This document shows positions 20,096 through 30,060 of a stretch of DNA of 64,000 bases, piece by piece. The stretch's first letter is position 1. Every line of letters starts with the position of its first letter. The translations under genes were made by a program, and so were the position numbers. The notes under the pieces were generated by a model. It made no database searches. It was given only the letters and a program-made list of their open reading frames with translations, and was not told the DNA's origin. This stretch comes from Candidatus Bathyarchaeota archaeon (GTDB lineage Archaea; Thermoproteota; Bathyarchaeia; Bathyarchaeales; Bathycorpusculaceae): positions 192,001 through 256,000 of the forward strand of contig CAWABA010000009.1 of assembly GCA_963780185.1 (NCBI GenBank), read 5' to 3'.

Positions 20096-20770
20096 TTACT
20101 TGTAGAAAAACTCTTTCTTTTCAAGATGCCCCTTAGTACTCACTACGACTCTTTTTTGGAAGGCTAAGTACAACTGGGTTTCGCTTCTGAATTTTTTAAC
20201 AGCCTGCTTCTTGATATCCAAGTATTCTGAAATGTCGACCACTCTTGTTCGATTAGTCAAAAAGCCGATTACTTTTTCTAATCGTGGTCCAACATGAGAC
20301 AGCATGTGGATTATAGAATATTGAAATGCGCAGTTTTCCAATCCGTGTTTCTGCAGGCTACGCATAATTATTCTGTTTGCGGCTCGGTGGTCAGGGTGAC
20401 CGTCGCGTTTTATGGGGAAATAAACTTCGTCGGGTAAATGACTCCCCAAGAAGGCAGATACTGCTTGCCCAACTTCTGCCTCATGCTCTGAAAGAGTGTA
20501 ATCCTCGAAATCGAAGAAAAACAGGTTGCTTTTTGGAACGCCCAGTGTGGAAACCGCTTCAGTCACTTCTTCCTTTCGAATCTGCTTTATTTCTTCCGGC
20601 GTAGGGTTGGTTGTCACGTTGAAGGTTTTTGAGAACGCGTGCCTGCCGTCAGTCAAAATGACAATGAAAACTCTGTAGCCTTCGGCCTTCCTTTTCGCAA
20701 TGGTTCCTCCACAGCCCAGAGTTTCGTCGTCTGGATGCGGAGCAAAAAAAATCGCTGTTTTCTGCTTCAT
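20096..20770 (-). CDS. PIG-L/LmbE family N-deacetylase
   Basis: APHPDDETLGCGG, RKEE, DGHPDH motifs. Confidence 0.93.
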   Translation of the reverse strand: MKQKTAIFFAPHPDDETLGCGGTIAKRKAEGYRVFIVILTDGRHAFSKTFNVTTNPTPEEIKQIRKEEVTEAVSTLGVPKSNLFFFDFEDYTLSEHEAEVGQAVSAFLGSHLPDEVYFPIKRDGHPDHRAANRIIMRSLQKHGLENCAFQYSIIHMLSHVGPRLEKVIGFLTNRTRVVDISEYLDIKKQAVKKFRSETQLYLAFQKRVVVSTKGHLEKKEFFYK

Positions 20771-20846
20771 AAAAAGGCTGTCCCTTACGCTTAGATACTA
20801 GAAAGCGAATTATCCTATTGGTCTTCAGGCTTGCTTCGAAAAATGT

Positions 20847-21971
20847 TCAGCCGCTTCGCTTCAGGGAAATCTTCAGTTTTGTAGCAATGTTCTCGACAGT
20901 TGGTCCCCAGGTGACCCAATCGTAGAGTTCGCTGGTTAATTTCTTGCGGACAAGTCTGACTTCGAAGTTTCGTCTAAATTTGTTGGTCCACTGCATCTTG
21001 TAGGGTTCGTCTCCCCGTGTCATGTCATATTCAGTGAACCCTTTTTCAATACATTGTTTCAAAAGAAACATAATCAGCAGGTTTCCAACGGAGTAGTCAG
21101 AGTATTTCGGGTCAAACCCCGCCAAGTAATAATACATTTTGTGACTGTATTCAAAGGTGTATTGTGCCGCGGCAGGTTCGCCGTCAACCATAAGGAAGTA
21201 AAGACCCAGCCAACCTTTTTTGGCAAAGGATTCCGCTACATCCATGTGAAAGTTTCTGAACTCATCCTCAATGAAGGCTCCGAGCTTTCCCTCTGAGTTC
21301 CACTTCATTTCATGCAACTTTATGAACAGATTCATCGCTTCTTTAACCGTGAAACCTGCATCATCAAACCTCTTCAGCTCCACGTTGTGGTCTCCCTCAA
21401 TTTTTCTGCTGTACCGATTCAGGTTTTGTCGAAGATTTCGGCTGAACCCTTTTTTCAGGCTTTCGTATTTTTTAGGCACTGAGATGTAGGGGCATAGGTT
21501 GCAGACGCGTTCTTTGAACTCCAGTTTTAGGGAAGTATCCGAAAATAGCTGTGAATAGTTGATGTTTTCTGGGATTTCTTTTAATTCAATCCAATCCCAA
21601 TCTTCGACTTCGTTAAGGTAGTCTGTAATGCATTTTACGCCCTCTTTTTCTTTTCTGGAAATGATAAAGTTGTTGTAGTCGGAGTGGCGTGTTCCCAGAA
21701 ACTCGATTTTGCGGATTGAACCGAAAGCAGGCATCTTGTATCGGGTCAGCATTAATGGGGCTATCCCCAGAATCTGGTTGTTTTCTTCAAGCTTTAGGAG
21801 AGAAAGTTTTCGTTGCCTGCCGAAATGCTTCCACCAAGTAGACAACCAATCCACGGTTAAGAAAACGTTGTTACCAAAACGGTTTTCCGCAAGAACCTGG
21901 TCCCAAACGTCTCGAACACTTTCGAAATCACGAACTTCAGTAACCCTCATTATTTTGCCCCAGCTAGACAC
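20847..21971 (-). CDS. CelD/BcsL (FemAB-related) GNAT-fold transferase
   Basis: FLTVDWLSTWWKHFG, SDY, RQNLNR, YYLAGFDPKY..YSVG, DMTRGDEPYK. Confidence 0.88.
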   Translation of the reverse strand: MSSWGKIMRVTEVRDFESVRDVWDQVLAENRFGNNVFLTVDWLSTWWKHFGRQRKLSLLKLEENNQILGIAPLMLTRYKMPAFGSIRKIEFLGTRHSDYNNFIISRKEKEGVKCITDYLNEVEDWDWIELKEIPENINYSQLFSDTSLKLEFKERVCNLCPYISVPKKYESLKKGFSRNLRQNLNRYSRKIEGDHNVELKRFDDAGFTVKEAMNLFIKLHEMKWNSEGKLGAFIEDEFRNFHMDVAESFAKKGWLGLYFLMVDGEPAAAQYTFEYSHKMYYYLAGFDPKYSDYSVGNLLIMFLLKQCIEKGFTEYDMTRGDEPYKMQWTNKFRRNFEVRLVRKKLTSELYDWVTWGPTVENIATKLKISLKRSG

Positions 21972-21978
21972 TACAAAA

Positions 21979-22857
21979 TCAGCTTTCGTTGAACAATTTC
22001 AAGTAAATACCGACAGCTGTCGCACGCAAATTGTCTTTCAGCTTTCTGCTTGGAAATTGATTCTTGAAATATTCGAATTCGCCTATTGGTGAAAAACCGG
22101 AAGTCCCAAGTCCTTTTTTAACAGCCAAAGCAATCGCACCGATCGAATGCGGCGTCATCCCCAGCAGGGTTGCAACAGCACTGTCTGCCGCCACAGGGTC
22201 TTCACTTGACATCACCAAGTTCAATCGTTTTGTGTAGGTTCCGACTACGGTTAACCCGTCGAGAACAACAAGATGTGTCTTTATGTTTTCGTTTATTGCA
22301 ACTATGGCGTCGTCGATTACTTTGTGGTAAATGAACTTCTTCGGGTAACCGTTACATCCATAAAAGTTCTTAAGGGCACAACTAAGTTTGACGCTTTCCA
22401 TGTACTTCGGCTTAGGAACGTTCACAATCAGGTCGGCTTCAGAAAACAAATCAGGTATATGAAACTTGAATTCGCGGCCGCCAAACGACTGGGTGACGAT
22501 TCTACATTTTTCCTCGGCTAAGTTAACCAGCTCCACATTTTTTTCAGCAGCCAACTTGTCGTACCCAAGCATGCCGAACGCGTTTTTGCATTTCATAGCC
22601 GAAGCGTCCGACTCGACAACAACAATTTCTGAAACATCAAGGTTTTCCCTGAAAACGTCAATTAGGGCGCCTACAAACCGCGGGTCAGTTACTTCCCCTG
22701 TGGAAGGATGATAATAATAGCACATGTTGGGTTTAATGACGATTTTTCGGGCTTTTCTTTCAAAGTCAAACCGTATTAGGTCCAGCGATGCCTTGATGGC
22801 GTTTTTTAAAGGTTCAGGGTCGCAGTTTTCTGCACGAACAAAACTGACAAGACTCAA
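21979..22857 (-). CDS. DUF362 domain protein (start reassigned to TTG 22857)
   Basis: IVIKPNMC, VTDPRFV, VVESD, NVPKPK, SCALKN, SEDPVAAD. Confidence 0.85.
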   Translation of the reverse strand: MSLVSFVRAENCDPEPLKNAIKASLDLIRFDFERKARKIVIKPNMCYYYHPSTGEVTDPRFVGALIDVFRENLDVSEIVVVESDASAMKCKNAFGMLGYDKLAAEKNVELVNLAEEKCRIVTQSFGGREFKFHIPDLFSEADLIVNVPKPKYMESVKLSCALKNFYGCNGYPKKFIYHKVIDDAIVAINENIKTHLVVLDGLTVVGTYTKRLNLVMSSEDPVAADSAVATLLGMTPHSIGAIALAVKKGLGTSGFSPIGEFEYFKNQFPSRKLKDNLRATAVGIYLKLFNES

Positions 22858-22886
22858 AATGTCTTTTTCCCCTGTGCTTTTGTTTT

Positions 22887-23882
22887 TTATTCGACTGTCT
22901 GAGCGTTTTGGTAGGCTGAAAAAATAGCTTGCAATCCGCGGAGCCCTTCCTCTCCTGAAGGTTGCGGCTGCTCGTCTCTTTGTAGGCAGGTAACGAAATG
23001 CTGTATTTCCGCAAGTCTCGGGTCGCTTTTGCCTTGGCCAAATTTCTTGGCGATGCCGCTCCATACTATTTTGGAGGCGCTTGTGGGCGAGAGTTGAAGT
23101 GAGATGCTTTTGGCTGTACCGCAGAGTTGGACAGATTCAATGAAGCCTTTCGAAAACCAGCCAGCTTTCGCGACTGCAACGGTACCGTTTTTGAAATGAA
23201 GTATAGCGGTTGCCGCGTCTTCCAGGTCTGTTCTGAAGATGTGTTTTAGGTAGCTGCTTGCTGAAGCAACTTCGCCGAAGTACCAGATGAACAAGTCGAC
23301 AAGGTGCGAACCCAAATCCAGAAGGGCGCCTCCCCCGACAAGTTCCCTGTCAAGCCACCATGAAGGCACCTGAACAGGCCCCGCGCTGTCTCCTCTCGGA
23401 GAAAAAGGCCCGCCGCTAATGTTAGTCGCCTCAGCAATTTGCACGTCACCGAAAAAACCATCCGCCAACTGATCATGAATTTTGATGATAGTCGGTTCGA
23501 AACGCATGTCGTAACCAATCATTAATTTCACAGAGGCGTTCTTGGCTGCGGAAAGAATCCTCTCGCCTTCCCCGACGGTCCGAGCTAAGGGTTTTTCCAA
23601 AAGAATATGTTTCCCATACTCCGCTGACTTCACGGCGGCTTCTTCATGAAGAAAATTAGGCAGGCTAATAACGACACCGTCGATGTTGGGGTCTTTAAGG
23701 AGATCTTCGTATTTTTCATAGGTGTTTTTGACGCCCATGTCTTTCGCTGCGTTTCTTGCCTTCGGAGATAAGTCTGCTGCGGCTTCAACTTTAGTTTCTT
23801 TCAGTCTTAAGCAGTTCTGCAACATTAATTTGCCTTCGTTGCCAAGGCCTATGACCCCTAAATTGATCTGCTTCACAAACAT
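22887..23882 (-). CDS. Gfo/Idh/MocA NAD-dependent oxidoreductase
   Basis: GVIGLGNEG, HILLEKPLA, GGGALLDLGSHLVD. Confidence 0.93.
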   Translation of the reverse strand: MFVKQINLGVIGLGNEGKLMLQNCLRLKETKVEAAADLSPKARNAAKDMGVKNTYEKYEDLLKDPNIDGVVISLPNFLHEEAAVKSAEYGKHILLEKPLARTVGEGERILSAAKNASVKLMIGYDMRFEPTIIKIHDQLADGFFGDVQIAEATNISGGPFSPRGDSAGPVQVPSWWLDRELVGGGALLDLGSHLVDLFIWYFGEVASASSYLKHIFRTDLEDAATAILHFKNGTVAVAKAGWFSKGFIESVQLCGTAKSISLQLSPTSASKIVWSGIAKKFGQGKSDPRLAEIQHFVTCLQRDEQPQPSGEEGLRGLQAIFSAYQNAQTVE

Positions 23883-24002
23883 AACCTCAAAAAAAGTTGT
23901 TGTTTAACTCAAAGATTTAGAATTAAATTAACTTTTCCCAGATTTGATTACAAAGAGACAACAAATCAGATTTTTGACGTTGCATCCCGCGAAAAATATT
24001 GA

Positions 24003-25295
24003 TCAAAAACTTACGCGGGGGGGACTCCATGCGCGGCTTTTATCTTTTAGGAACCTTATCAGCCCTAAGGGCGATAATGCCGTGCTAAAGAAGAAAGGCA
24101 AAGGATCCTTCACTTCAAAAAAGTCGTAAAACAAACCTGGTTCATAAAACTTAAGCCAATCCGCAAACAACTTCAAATCGCGACGCCATGCAGAGGAGTT
24201 CGCTGGGACATCCTTGATTAAACTCGCCAAATAAAGGATTTCCTGCTCCAAATATCTGCCTTTGACACCGACTTTATAGTTGAATGTTCCTTTGGTGTCT
24301 CCGTCCATCGTTATCTTGTATAGAAGGTACGGGAAATCCACGCCGGCTTTGATGGCGACACAAAGTGAACCCCAGAACCGCGGATTTATCTCCATTAACT
24401 TAGGGGTGTTGTCGCGGGGGTCAAGCTTAAACTCGACTTCGGCAATTCCATGCCAATTCAAAGCTTCAAGCAGCTTTTCAGCGTATTTCTTCATACGAGG
24501 GTCAAGAGGAGCGCTTTCGCGGAAGCAGCTATTGCCTCCATTGCGAGGCCATGCCCTCTGAACTTTTATGCTGCAAAACGCTCTGGGCTTTCCTTTATTG
24601 TACACCGTGGCAATCGAGTAGTTTACTCCCGGAACATATTCTTGAATTAGCGGATACGGAAAATACTGGTGTATACTGTTGTATGTTGCGATAAGCTCAG
24701 AAGGTGAATTAACGAATCCGCCTCTTCTGTCAAAAGCACGGTCTTTTTGCCAAACCATCGACCAACGAGGCTTAACAACGCAGGGATACGTCATTTCTTC
24801 AGCTGCAAGTTTCAGTTCCGAAGTGTCTTTCACTTGACGTGTAAGCGGGACAGGTACATCTTGTTCTTCAGCCAACTTGAGGGTCGAACGTTTATCGAAA
24901 CATGCAAGAATTGATTCGTGACTGGCTAGGGGCAGTTTTACCCGAGGTGCAATTTTGTCTCTGTTTTTGGAAATCGGCATCAAAGACCATTCGGAAAGTG
25001 GGAAAAGCATGTCAAACTTTACTTTTCTAACAATTTTTTCCACTGCTTGGACGTATTCATTTTCAAGACTAGTGGAGGGAACTAAAAACTGTTTTTTGCA
25101 GTATTTGGAGAAACGGGAGGTATACACGCTAAAACTCGTGAGAACAGCTGTGTTCACAGCCTTTTTTCCCAGAGACCTAATAACTGGGAGGCACGTCGGG
25201 ACGTAACCTTCAGCAATCAAAACGCCGCTGCTTGTCAGAATCTTGACCCCGCCGATTTTTGGATTAGATAGACATCGAATCTTCTTAAGATTCAT
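24003..25295 (-). CDS. ATP-grasp carboxylate-amine ligase
   Basis: DKRST, VPVPLT, YPCVVKPR, LIQEYVPG, EVEFK, LMEINPRFWGS, GVDFP; ATGA overlap with the upstream stop. Confidence 0.9.
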   Translation of the reverse strand: MNLKKIRCLSNPKIGGVKILTSSGVLIAEGYVPTCLPVIRSLGKKAVNTAVLTSFSVYTSRFSKYCKKQFLVPSTSLENEYVQAVEKIVRKVKFDMLFPLSEWSLMPISKNRDKIAPRVKLPLASHESILACFDKRSTLKLAEEQDVPVPLTRQVKDTSELKLAAEEMTYPCVVKPRWSMVWQKDRAFDRRGGFVNSPSELIATYNSIHQYFPYPLIQEYVPGVNYSIATVYNKGKPRAFCSIKVQRAWPRNGGNSCFRESAPLDPRMKKYAEKLLEALNWHGIAEVEFKLDPRDNTPKLMEINPRFWGSLCVAIKAGVDFPYLLYKITMDGDTKGTFNYKVGVKGRYLEQEILYLASLIKDVPANSSAWRRDLKLFADWLKFYEPGLFYDFFEVKDPLPFFFSTALSPLGLIRFLKDKSRAWSPPRVSF

Positions 25296-25990
25296 TTGCT
25301 TCTGAGAATGGCGTATATTCTTATCGTAGCCCATTCCTCTTTAAGCCGGGCATCGTATTGACCGACATCTATTACCTCGTACCTGTGATCCATCAATAAC
25401 TTCAACATAGCATTGTAACCCTTAAGATGCGATGAACGCGTTACCGCCGCTTCTTCCACAAATGGGCTCTCGATTGTAGGCGCCTTTTCGATGCTTCTGT
25501 TTGTCTCCAGGAAGAACAGCCGCGGCTTGTTTTTATTCAAAAGTTCAGCTATTGAAGAAGTAAAAGAAGGCTGGAAACATAGCTCGAAGGCTCCGAGAAG
25601 AAGAAAAACGGAAAATGGGGAATCATCGTCGGATTGGAGTTTGAAACCGTCGTATGAAGAGCGAACCCAGTTGCCGCCTGGATAAAGCCTTTTAAGGTCT
25701 TTTACCGCGTTGCGATTGTCATCAAAACCTGTTATTTTGTACCCTGACTTGAGCAGCGGCCCTGCCAACGGAGAGTACCCACACATTATATCCAAAAAAT
25801 TGTCGCCCAATTTGAGATGCGATTTCATTATGGCGAAAAGAGTTTCTCCCCTGGATGCTACACCTTTTAGGTAAGGATATTCATAACGCGCAGTAATCTT
25901 ATTTAAAATTACTATAGCTGGCTTTTCCAACCGCAAAGCCTGCAAGATTTTGTGACTAAAACTCTTTTTTGCTTCATTCAAATCTTCCAC
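25292..25990 (-). CDS. Class I SAM-dependent methyltransferase-like protein
   Basis: FLDIMCGYSPL...ITGFD motif I-like sequence. Confidence 0.65.
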   Translation of the reverse strand: MEDLNEAKKSFSHKILQALRLEKPAIVILNKITARYEYPYLKGVASRGETLFAIMKSHLKLGDNFLDIMCGYSPLAGPLLKSGYKITGFDDNRNAVKDLKRLYPGGNWVRSSYDGFKLQSDDDSPFSVFLLLGAFELCFQPSFTSSIAELLNKNKPRLFFLETNRSIEKAPTIESPFVEEAAVTRSSHLKGYNAMLKLLMDHRYEVIDVGQYDARLKEEWATIRIYAILRSK

Positions 25991-26054
25991 CTTCAGAAAT
26001 CAGCAATTTGCCTTACGAATCGCAACTAAACCTGAAAACGCCGTTTTAATTCGC

Positions 26055-27167
26055 TTAGTGAATTTTTGCCACGGAAAGATGCTTTCCAAGCGAGGTTACC
26101 AATGGCGTCAACACTTCTTTCTTGGTAATAAAATCGTAAACTATCGGAACAAATCTCCTTTTTACCGCGCGCACCTCAAGATTGTTTCTAATCAGCGTAT
26201 TCCACTGCTGCTTGTAGCTTTCGTCACCCCTCATGAAATCGAATTCACTCAGTCCTTTTTCAATAGAGTCCTTTATCGAGTACAAGAAAAGAAGGTGCCC
26301 TACGCGATACTCAGAGTATTTTGGGTCAAACCCTGTAAGATAATTGAACATCTTGTTTCGATATTTGAATGCATAAATCGCTGAGACAGGCTCATCGTTT
26401 AACGTGAGGAAACAAAGATTTAGCCAGCCATTTTCGGCGAAAGACCTCGCGACGCTTAAATGAAATTCGCGAAACTTTTGATTGGCAAAAACACCCGCAC
26501 GATTTTCTGACTGCCATTTTATTTGATGCAAATAAAAGAATTTTCTCATGGCTTTGTCAAGAGTATTCAAATCTTTATGAACGTGGAAATCGAGTTTGAA
26601 ATCGCTTTGTGTCTTCTTTTCCCATCGACGGAGGTTTCTTCGAAAATTGGAGCCCAGCCCCTGCAGGTAATCTTCGAATCGAGTTGGCAAGGTTATGTAA
26701 GGACAGATATTCAAGTTTCTTTCCTCAAACTTGAGTTTTTGCGGGGAGCATGCGTCTAGAGTCTTCAGGGTCTCGGAGTCTTCCGGAACATCTTCAAATT
26801 CTATGCAGTCCCAACGTGAACCTTTCCCGCTTACATAATCCAACATCAAACTTGCACACTCAGCTTTCTTGTCGGCCAACAAAAAGGTTTGATAGTCAGC
26901 TGCGGGAGTTCCTACGAACTCCATTTTAGTCAGCTTTAATCCGGCTAACTTGTATTTGGAACTCATCAAGGGAGCTGCTGCAATCAGCTTTTCGCCGTCG
27001 CAAACAGTAATCAACCGGAATATGCGTTCGTTGCCAAAATGCTTCCACCATGTTGATAACCATTCCCACGTGAGAAATATGTGGTTGTCGCCGCTTCTTT
27101 GAAGGGCATCGTCCCAGTCAGCTTTATAGTCCAAAAATTGCTCAAAGTTTAATTCGTCTACCTTCAT
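26055..27167 (-). CDS. CelD/BcsL (FemAB-related) GNAT-fold transferase, paralog of 20847-21971
   Basis: FLTWEWLSTWWKHFG, ADY, RRNLRR, YLTGFDPKY, DFMRGDESYK. Confidence 0.88.
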   Translation of the reverse strand: MKVDELNFEQFLDYKADWDDALQRSGDNHIFLTWEWLSTWWKHFGNERIFRLITVCDGEKLIAAAPLMSSKYKLAGLKLTKMEFVGTPAADYQTFLLADKKAECASLMLDYVSGKGSRWDCIEFEDVPEDSETLKTLDACSPQKLKFEERNLNICPYITLPTRFEDYLQGLGSNFRRNLRRWEKKTQSDFKLDFHVHKDLNTLDKAMRKFFYLHQIKWQSENRAGVFANQKFREFHLSVARSFAENGWLNLCFLTLNDEPVSAIYAFKYRNKMFNYLTGFDPKYSEYRVGHLLFLYSIKDSIEKGLSEFDFMRGDESYKQQWNTLIRNNLEVRAVKRRFVPIVYDFITKKEVLTPLVTSLGKHLSVAKIH

Positions 27168-27213
27168 GCAGTATCCCTCGCGTCTACATCATATTTCAAT
27201 TTTCCAACTTGCA

Positions 27214-28356
27214 TCATTGCTTGTTTTCCCGCAAACATTCACTGTAAATGCCAGCGGTCATCTTAGCCACTTTTTCCCAAGAGAAAGTTTCAGCTCTTTT
27301 CCGCTCCATTGTTGAAAATCTTTCTCTCAAAGTGGGTTCATCCAGTAACTTCGTCATAGCTAAAGCCAAAGCCTTGGGATCCTTCGGCGGAACAAGTAAT
27401 CCTTCCCCGCCCAAATACTCCGGGACGCCTCCTATGTTTGAGGCTATGACTGGAGTGGCATTAGCCATCGCTCTTGTAACCACGTTGCTTCCAGACACAG
27501 GAAACGAGTAAACTGCTAGAGTGAACACGCTTTCTTGCATCTTTTTATCGAATTCTGCCTCACTAAGTCGATTTCCCCAAACAACCAAATCCGAAACGCC
27601 GATTTGCGCCGCCACTTTGGTTGCTTCATTTTTTTCAGCGTCGCTGTAAATGCCGTAAACATGTAACTGTATGGCCCGATTTTGGTCCCTTAATATTTTC
27701 ATTGACTGCAGAATTGTCCAGAAGCCTTTGCCTTTGGTTGGGGATCCAAAAAAGGTGATTTCCGTTCGATTTGTCTTTAAAAGCCGAGGGAGCTTCGTGC
27801 CATGAGGTACCAATCTTATTCTTGACTCTGGAACGGCCAGAGACATCATTTTTTCCTTCATTTCCTTTGAATGGACAAGTATCAAGTTTGCATTTTTGTA
27901 AGAACGACTCAAGAATCGAAATCTGGTCATGGGGTCAATAGAGTGAACGGTAACTACGCGCTTCTTCATTACGGGAATTGAAAGAAGCATGCATAACGTG
28001 TTCATCCCGAATGATTGTGCTGAGCTTTGCTGAAAATGAATTATGTCGCTGTCTTTGCATTTTGCCAAGTAAGCGATTCCTCTAAGCGATTGGAGAAACA
28101 ATGTTGTGACAGAAATCAATGGATGAAGGAAACGGGGGCTGGAACCCTCTTCCAACGCAGGTATGAATGGCGGGAAAGAAACAAATTTGCAGTTGTCTTG
28201 AAGAAAACTCTTTCGCCCTTTGTACCGTTTAGAGCAGCCGCAATGTGACGAGATTATTTGCCAATCTATTTCAGCACCTAAGGCATCGCGCAAGTTGGTC
28301 GAGTAGTTTGCCATTGAAATGTCCTTGTACCAGCAGGTGATCATTGCTACCTTCAT
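27214..28356 (-). CDS. Glycosyltransferase family 4 (GT-B), divergent
   Basis: VVTVH, VPHG, KGFW, AMANATPVIASNIGGVPE, FSWEK. Confidence 0.88.
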   Translation of the reverse strand: MKVAMITCWYKDISMANYSTNLRDALGAEIDWQIISSHCGCSKRYKGRKSFLQDNCKFVSFPPFIPALEEGSSPRFLHPLISVTTLFLQSLRGIAYLAKCKDSDIIHFQQSSAQSFGMNTLCMLLSIPVMKKRVVTVHSIDPMTRFRFLSRSYKNANLILVHSKEMKEKMMSLAVPESRIRLVPHGTKLPRLLKTNRTEITFFGSPTKGKGFWTILQSMKILRDQNRAIQLHVYGIYSDAEKNEATKVAAQIGVSDLVVWGNRLSEAEFDKKMQESVFTLAVYSFPVSGSNVVTRAMANATPVIASNIGGVPEYLGGEGLLVPPKDPKALALAMTKLLDEPTLRERFSTMERKRAETFSWEKVAKMTAGIYSECLRENKQ

Positions 28357-28457
28357 TGCAGATTCACCTAATGTTTTGAAGACGGGATCAATATTTTTCT
28401 AAGAGACATACAACTCTTCTAAATCTCTAATGGTCAGCGCAGGAAGCCGATCATTGC

Positions 28458-28533
28458 TGCTGGAATCGGGACTGGATTTTCACAGACGTAAACCGACAGG
28501 CAAGCCGTCGCTTGATTACTCAGCCACCCCAGC
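28458..28533 (-). ncRNA. Degenerate tRNA-like element (76 nt)
   Basis: GCTGGGG/TTCCAGC+A acceptor helix, U8, D-stem GCT/AGC with A14 G15, GACGG/CTGTC stem, CTG-TGAAAATC-CAG T-arm-like hairpin; lacks D-loop GG and TTC. Confidence 0.5.
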
Positions 28534-28585
28534 TATGTTTTTGAACTTTCAGCGATAGTCTTTTTAGAACGCCGCTTACTGTGGG

Positions 28586-29185
28586 TCATAGTGTCATGTT
28601 TAGCCATAGACTCACGTAACGCTGGTTATATTGGAAAGCATTAGCTGTGCTGTTGAAAAGCCATAATTCGAAAACCAAGTTACCATAATAACCCGCCTTT
28701 TGAGGATCCCAAGCAATCGTCGTTGGACTAAGGTTCAGCGAGAAACCGTTGACAACAATATTTTGCATGTCAACTTGACCAGTGATGTTCAGGTGAGGCG
28801 TGTAGTAAAAGGAAACAGTGATTGGCAACTCGACCGCTTGGTTATTAGCCACGCAAACTGAAAGAGCACATAAAGACGGAAGGGCACTGGCGGTTTGTGT
28901 GAAGCTGTTTGGGGCAGATTGCGTTTCGTTTCTGAATTTTACCTCAACCTGGTAATAGGCGACTGATTTTAAATGGTTGTTAATTTTCAGGTAAAGGGGA
29001 TAATTTTGCCCTGCTGTAACGTTGAAGGGATAAGTGGGGTTATGGTAAGATCCCAAAACCGACAGTTCAGTTAAGCCAGCCATTTGAGGGGCGACAACAA
29101 ATCGTTGAATGGCAGGCGAAGCGGTGAATAACGCTAAAACAACTGTTACAACAAGAATTGTTGTTTTGTATTGTTGAATTGGCAT
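28586..29185 (-). CDS. DUF1616-like membrane-anchored protein
   Basis: N-terminal TM, TELSVLG, YPFNV, C-terminal LVFELW...LWLN. Confidence 0.75.
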   Translation of the reverse strand: MPIQQYKTTILVVTVVLALFTASPAIQRFVVAPQMAGLTELSVLGSYHNPTYPFNVTAGQNYPLYLKINNHLKSVAYYQVEVKFRNETQSAPNSFTQTASALPSLCALSVCVANNQAVELPITVSFYYTPHLNITGQVDMQNIVVNGFSLNLSPTTIAWDPQKAGYYGNLVFELWLFNSTANAFQYNQRYVSLWLNMTL

Positions 29186-29722
29186 TCAGCTTTTCCCGCC
29201 TCTCTTGTTCAAAATTTCCCAAGCCCCTACGCCGACATTCAAAATGGCAACAGAAACTATTATCGATAAAGCGGTAATCAAGAGATTCTGATTATTCGTA
29301 TTGACGGCGTTGTCATGAAGAGTTGAAGCTTCAGAAACAACACCGTTCAGCGAGCTTTGGCTTTGGTTTGCATAAGTTAAAGCCAAGCTGTAATCGTTAC
29401 TTGAATACGCCAGCTGAGCCTTAGACAATGAATCTGCCGCGTAGTTAAGGGTAGACACAAGCGAATCCACGTTTGCTCCGGCATCCTGCGCCTGTTCAAC
29501 AGCTTCATAACAGCTCTTCAGGCTGTTCTGCGCCGAAGTAATCGCTTCCTTTGCGCTGTTCTGGGCGAAAACCGGAGAAGCAAACAGTGAAGCCGCCACG
29601 AAAAAGAGGACAACGGCTGGGGCGCACATTTTTAAGCGTTTAATCAGACAAAACCCAACCAAAACTAGACATCTATCGTTTCTCGTGCCGCCGTGAAGGA
29701 TAGGAACTCTTTGATTGGGCAC
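29186..29722 (-). CDS. Secreted helical protein with C-terminal TM (true start probably downstream of 29722)
   Basis: Signal-like segment, AQDAGANVDSLVSTLN helical bundle, C-terminal TM. Confidence 0.65.
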   Translation of the reverse strand: MPNQRVPILHGGTRNDRCLVLVGFCLIKRLKMCAPAVVLFFVAASLFASPVFAQNSAKEAITSAQNSLKSCYEAVEQAQDAGANVDSLVSTLNYAADSLSKAQLAYSSNDYSLALTYANQSQSSLNGVVSEASTLHDNAVNTNNQNLLITALSIIVSVAILNVGVGAWEILNKRGGKS

Positions 29723-30021
29723 AAGTTTTCCAAGACTTTTCTTTTTGTGGAAAAATCGTTAATGTGTTTTTCCATGTTTCTGCTACATCGCGCGTACTCT
29801 TTGTATGCGTCCAAATACTCCTGTCCCTTGACCGTCAGTTTGTATCGTTGATCACGATTTTCGAACATGACCAGCGAGGCATCGACAATTTCAGCCAAAT
29901 AACGTTGCAAGACCTTATAGCTTAAGTTAGCTTGGTACATTATTCGTGTTTTTTTTGCGTCTTGGCTTGCAACATTTAGAATGTCAGCTATTATGTCAAG
30001 TCTATCTCTATAATTGCCCAA
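29665..30021 (-). CDS. Archaeal winged-helix regulator (HTH_45 type)
   Basis: YRDRLDIIADIL...KKTRIMYQANLSY...YKLTVKG. Confidence 0.9.
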   Translation of the reverse strand: MGNYRDRLDIIADILNVASQDAKKTRIMYQANLSYKVLQRYLAEIVDASLVMFENRDQRYKLTVKGQEYLDAYKEYARCSRNMEKHINDFSTKRKVLENLCPIKEFLSFTAARETIDV

Positions 30022-30060
30022 GCGGAGTTTCCCCTAAAATCTTTTTTAATCTTTAGAATT

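Noticed and set aside
22858-23064. N-terminal extension of the DUF362 ORF given in the track
   Set aside because: It overlaps the oxidoreductase gene on the same strand. TTG at 22857 gives a normal DUF362 N-terminus.
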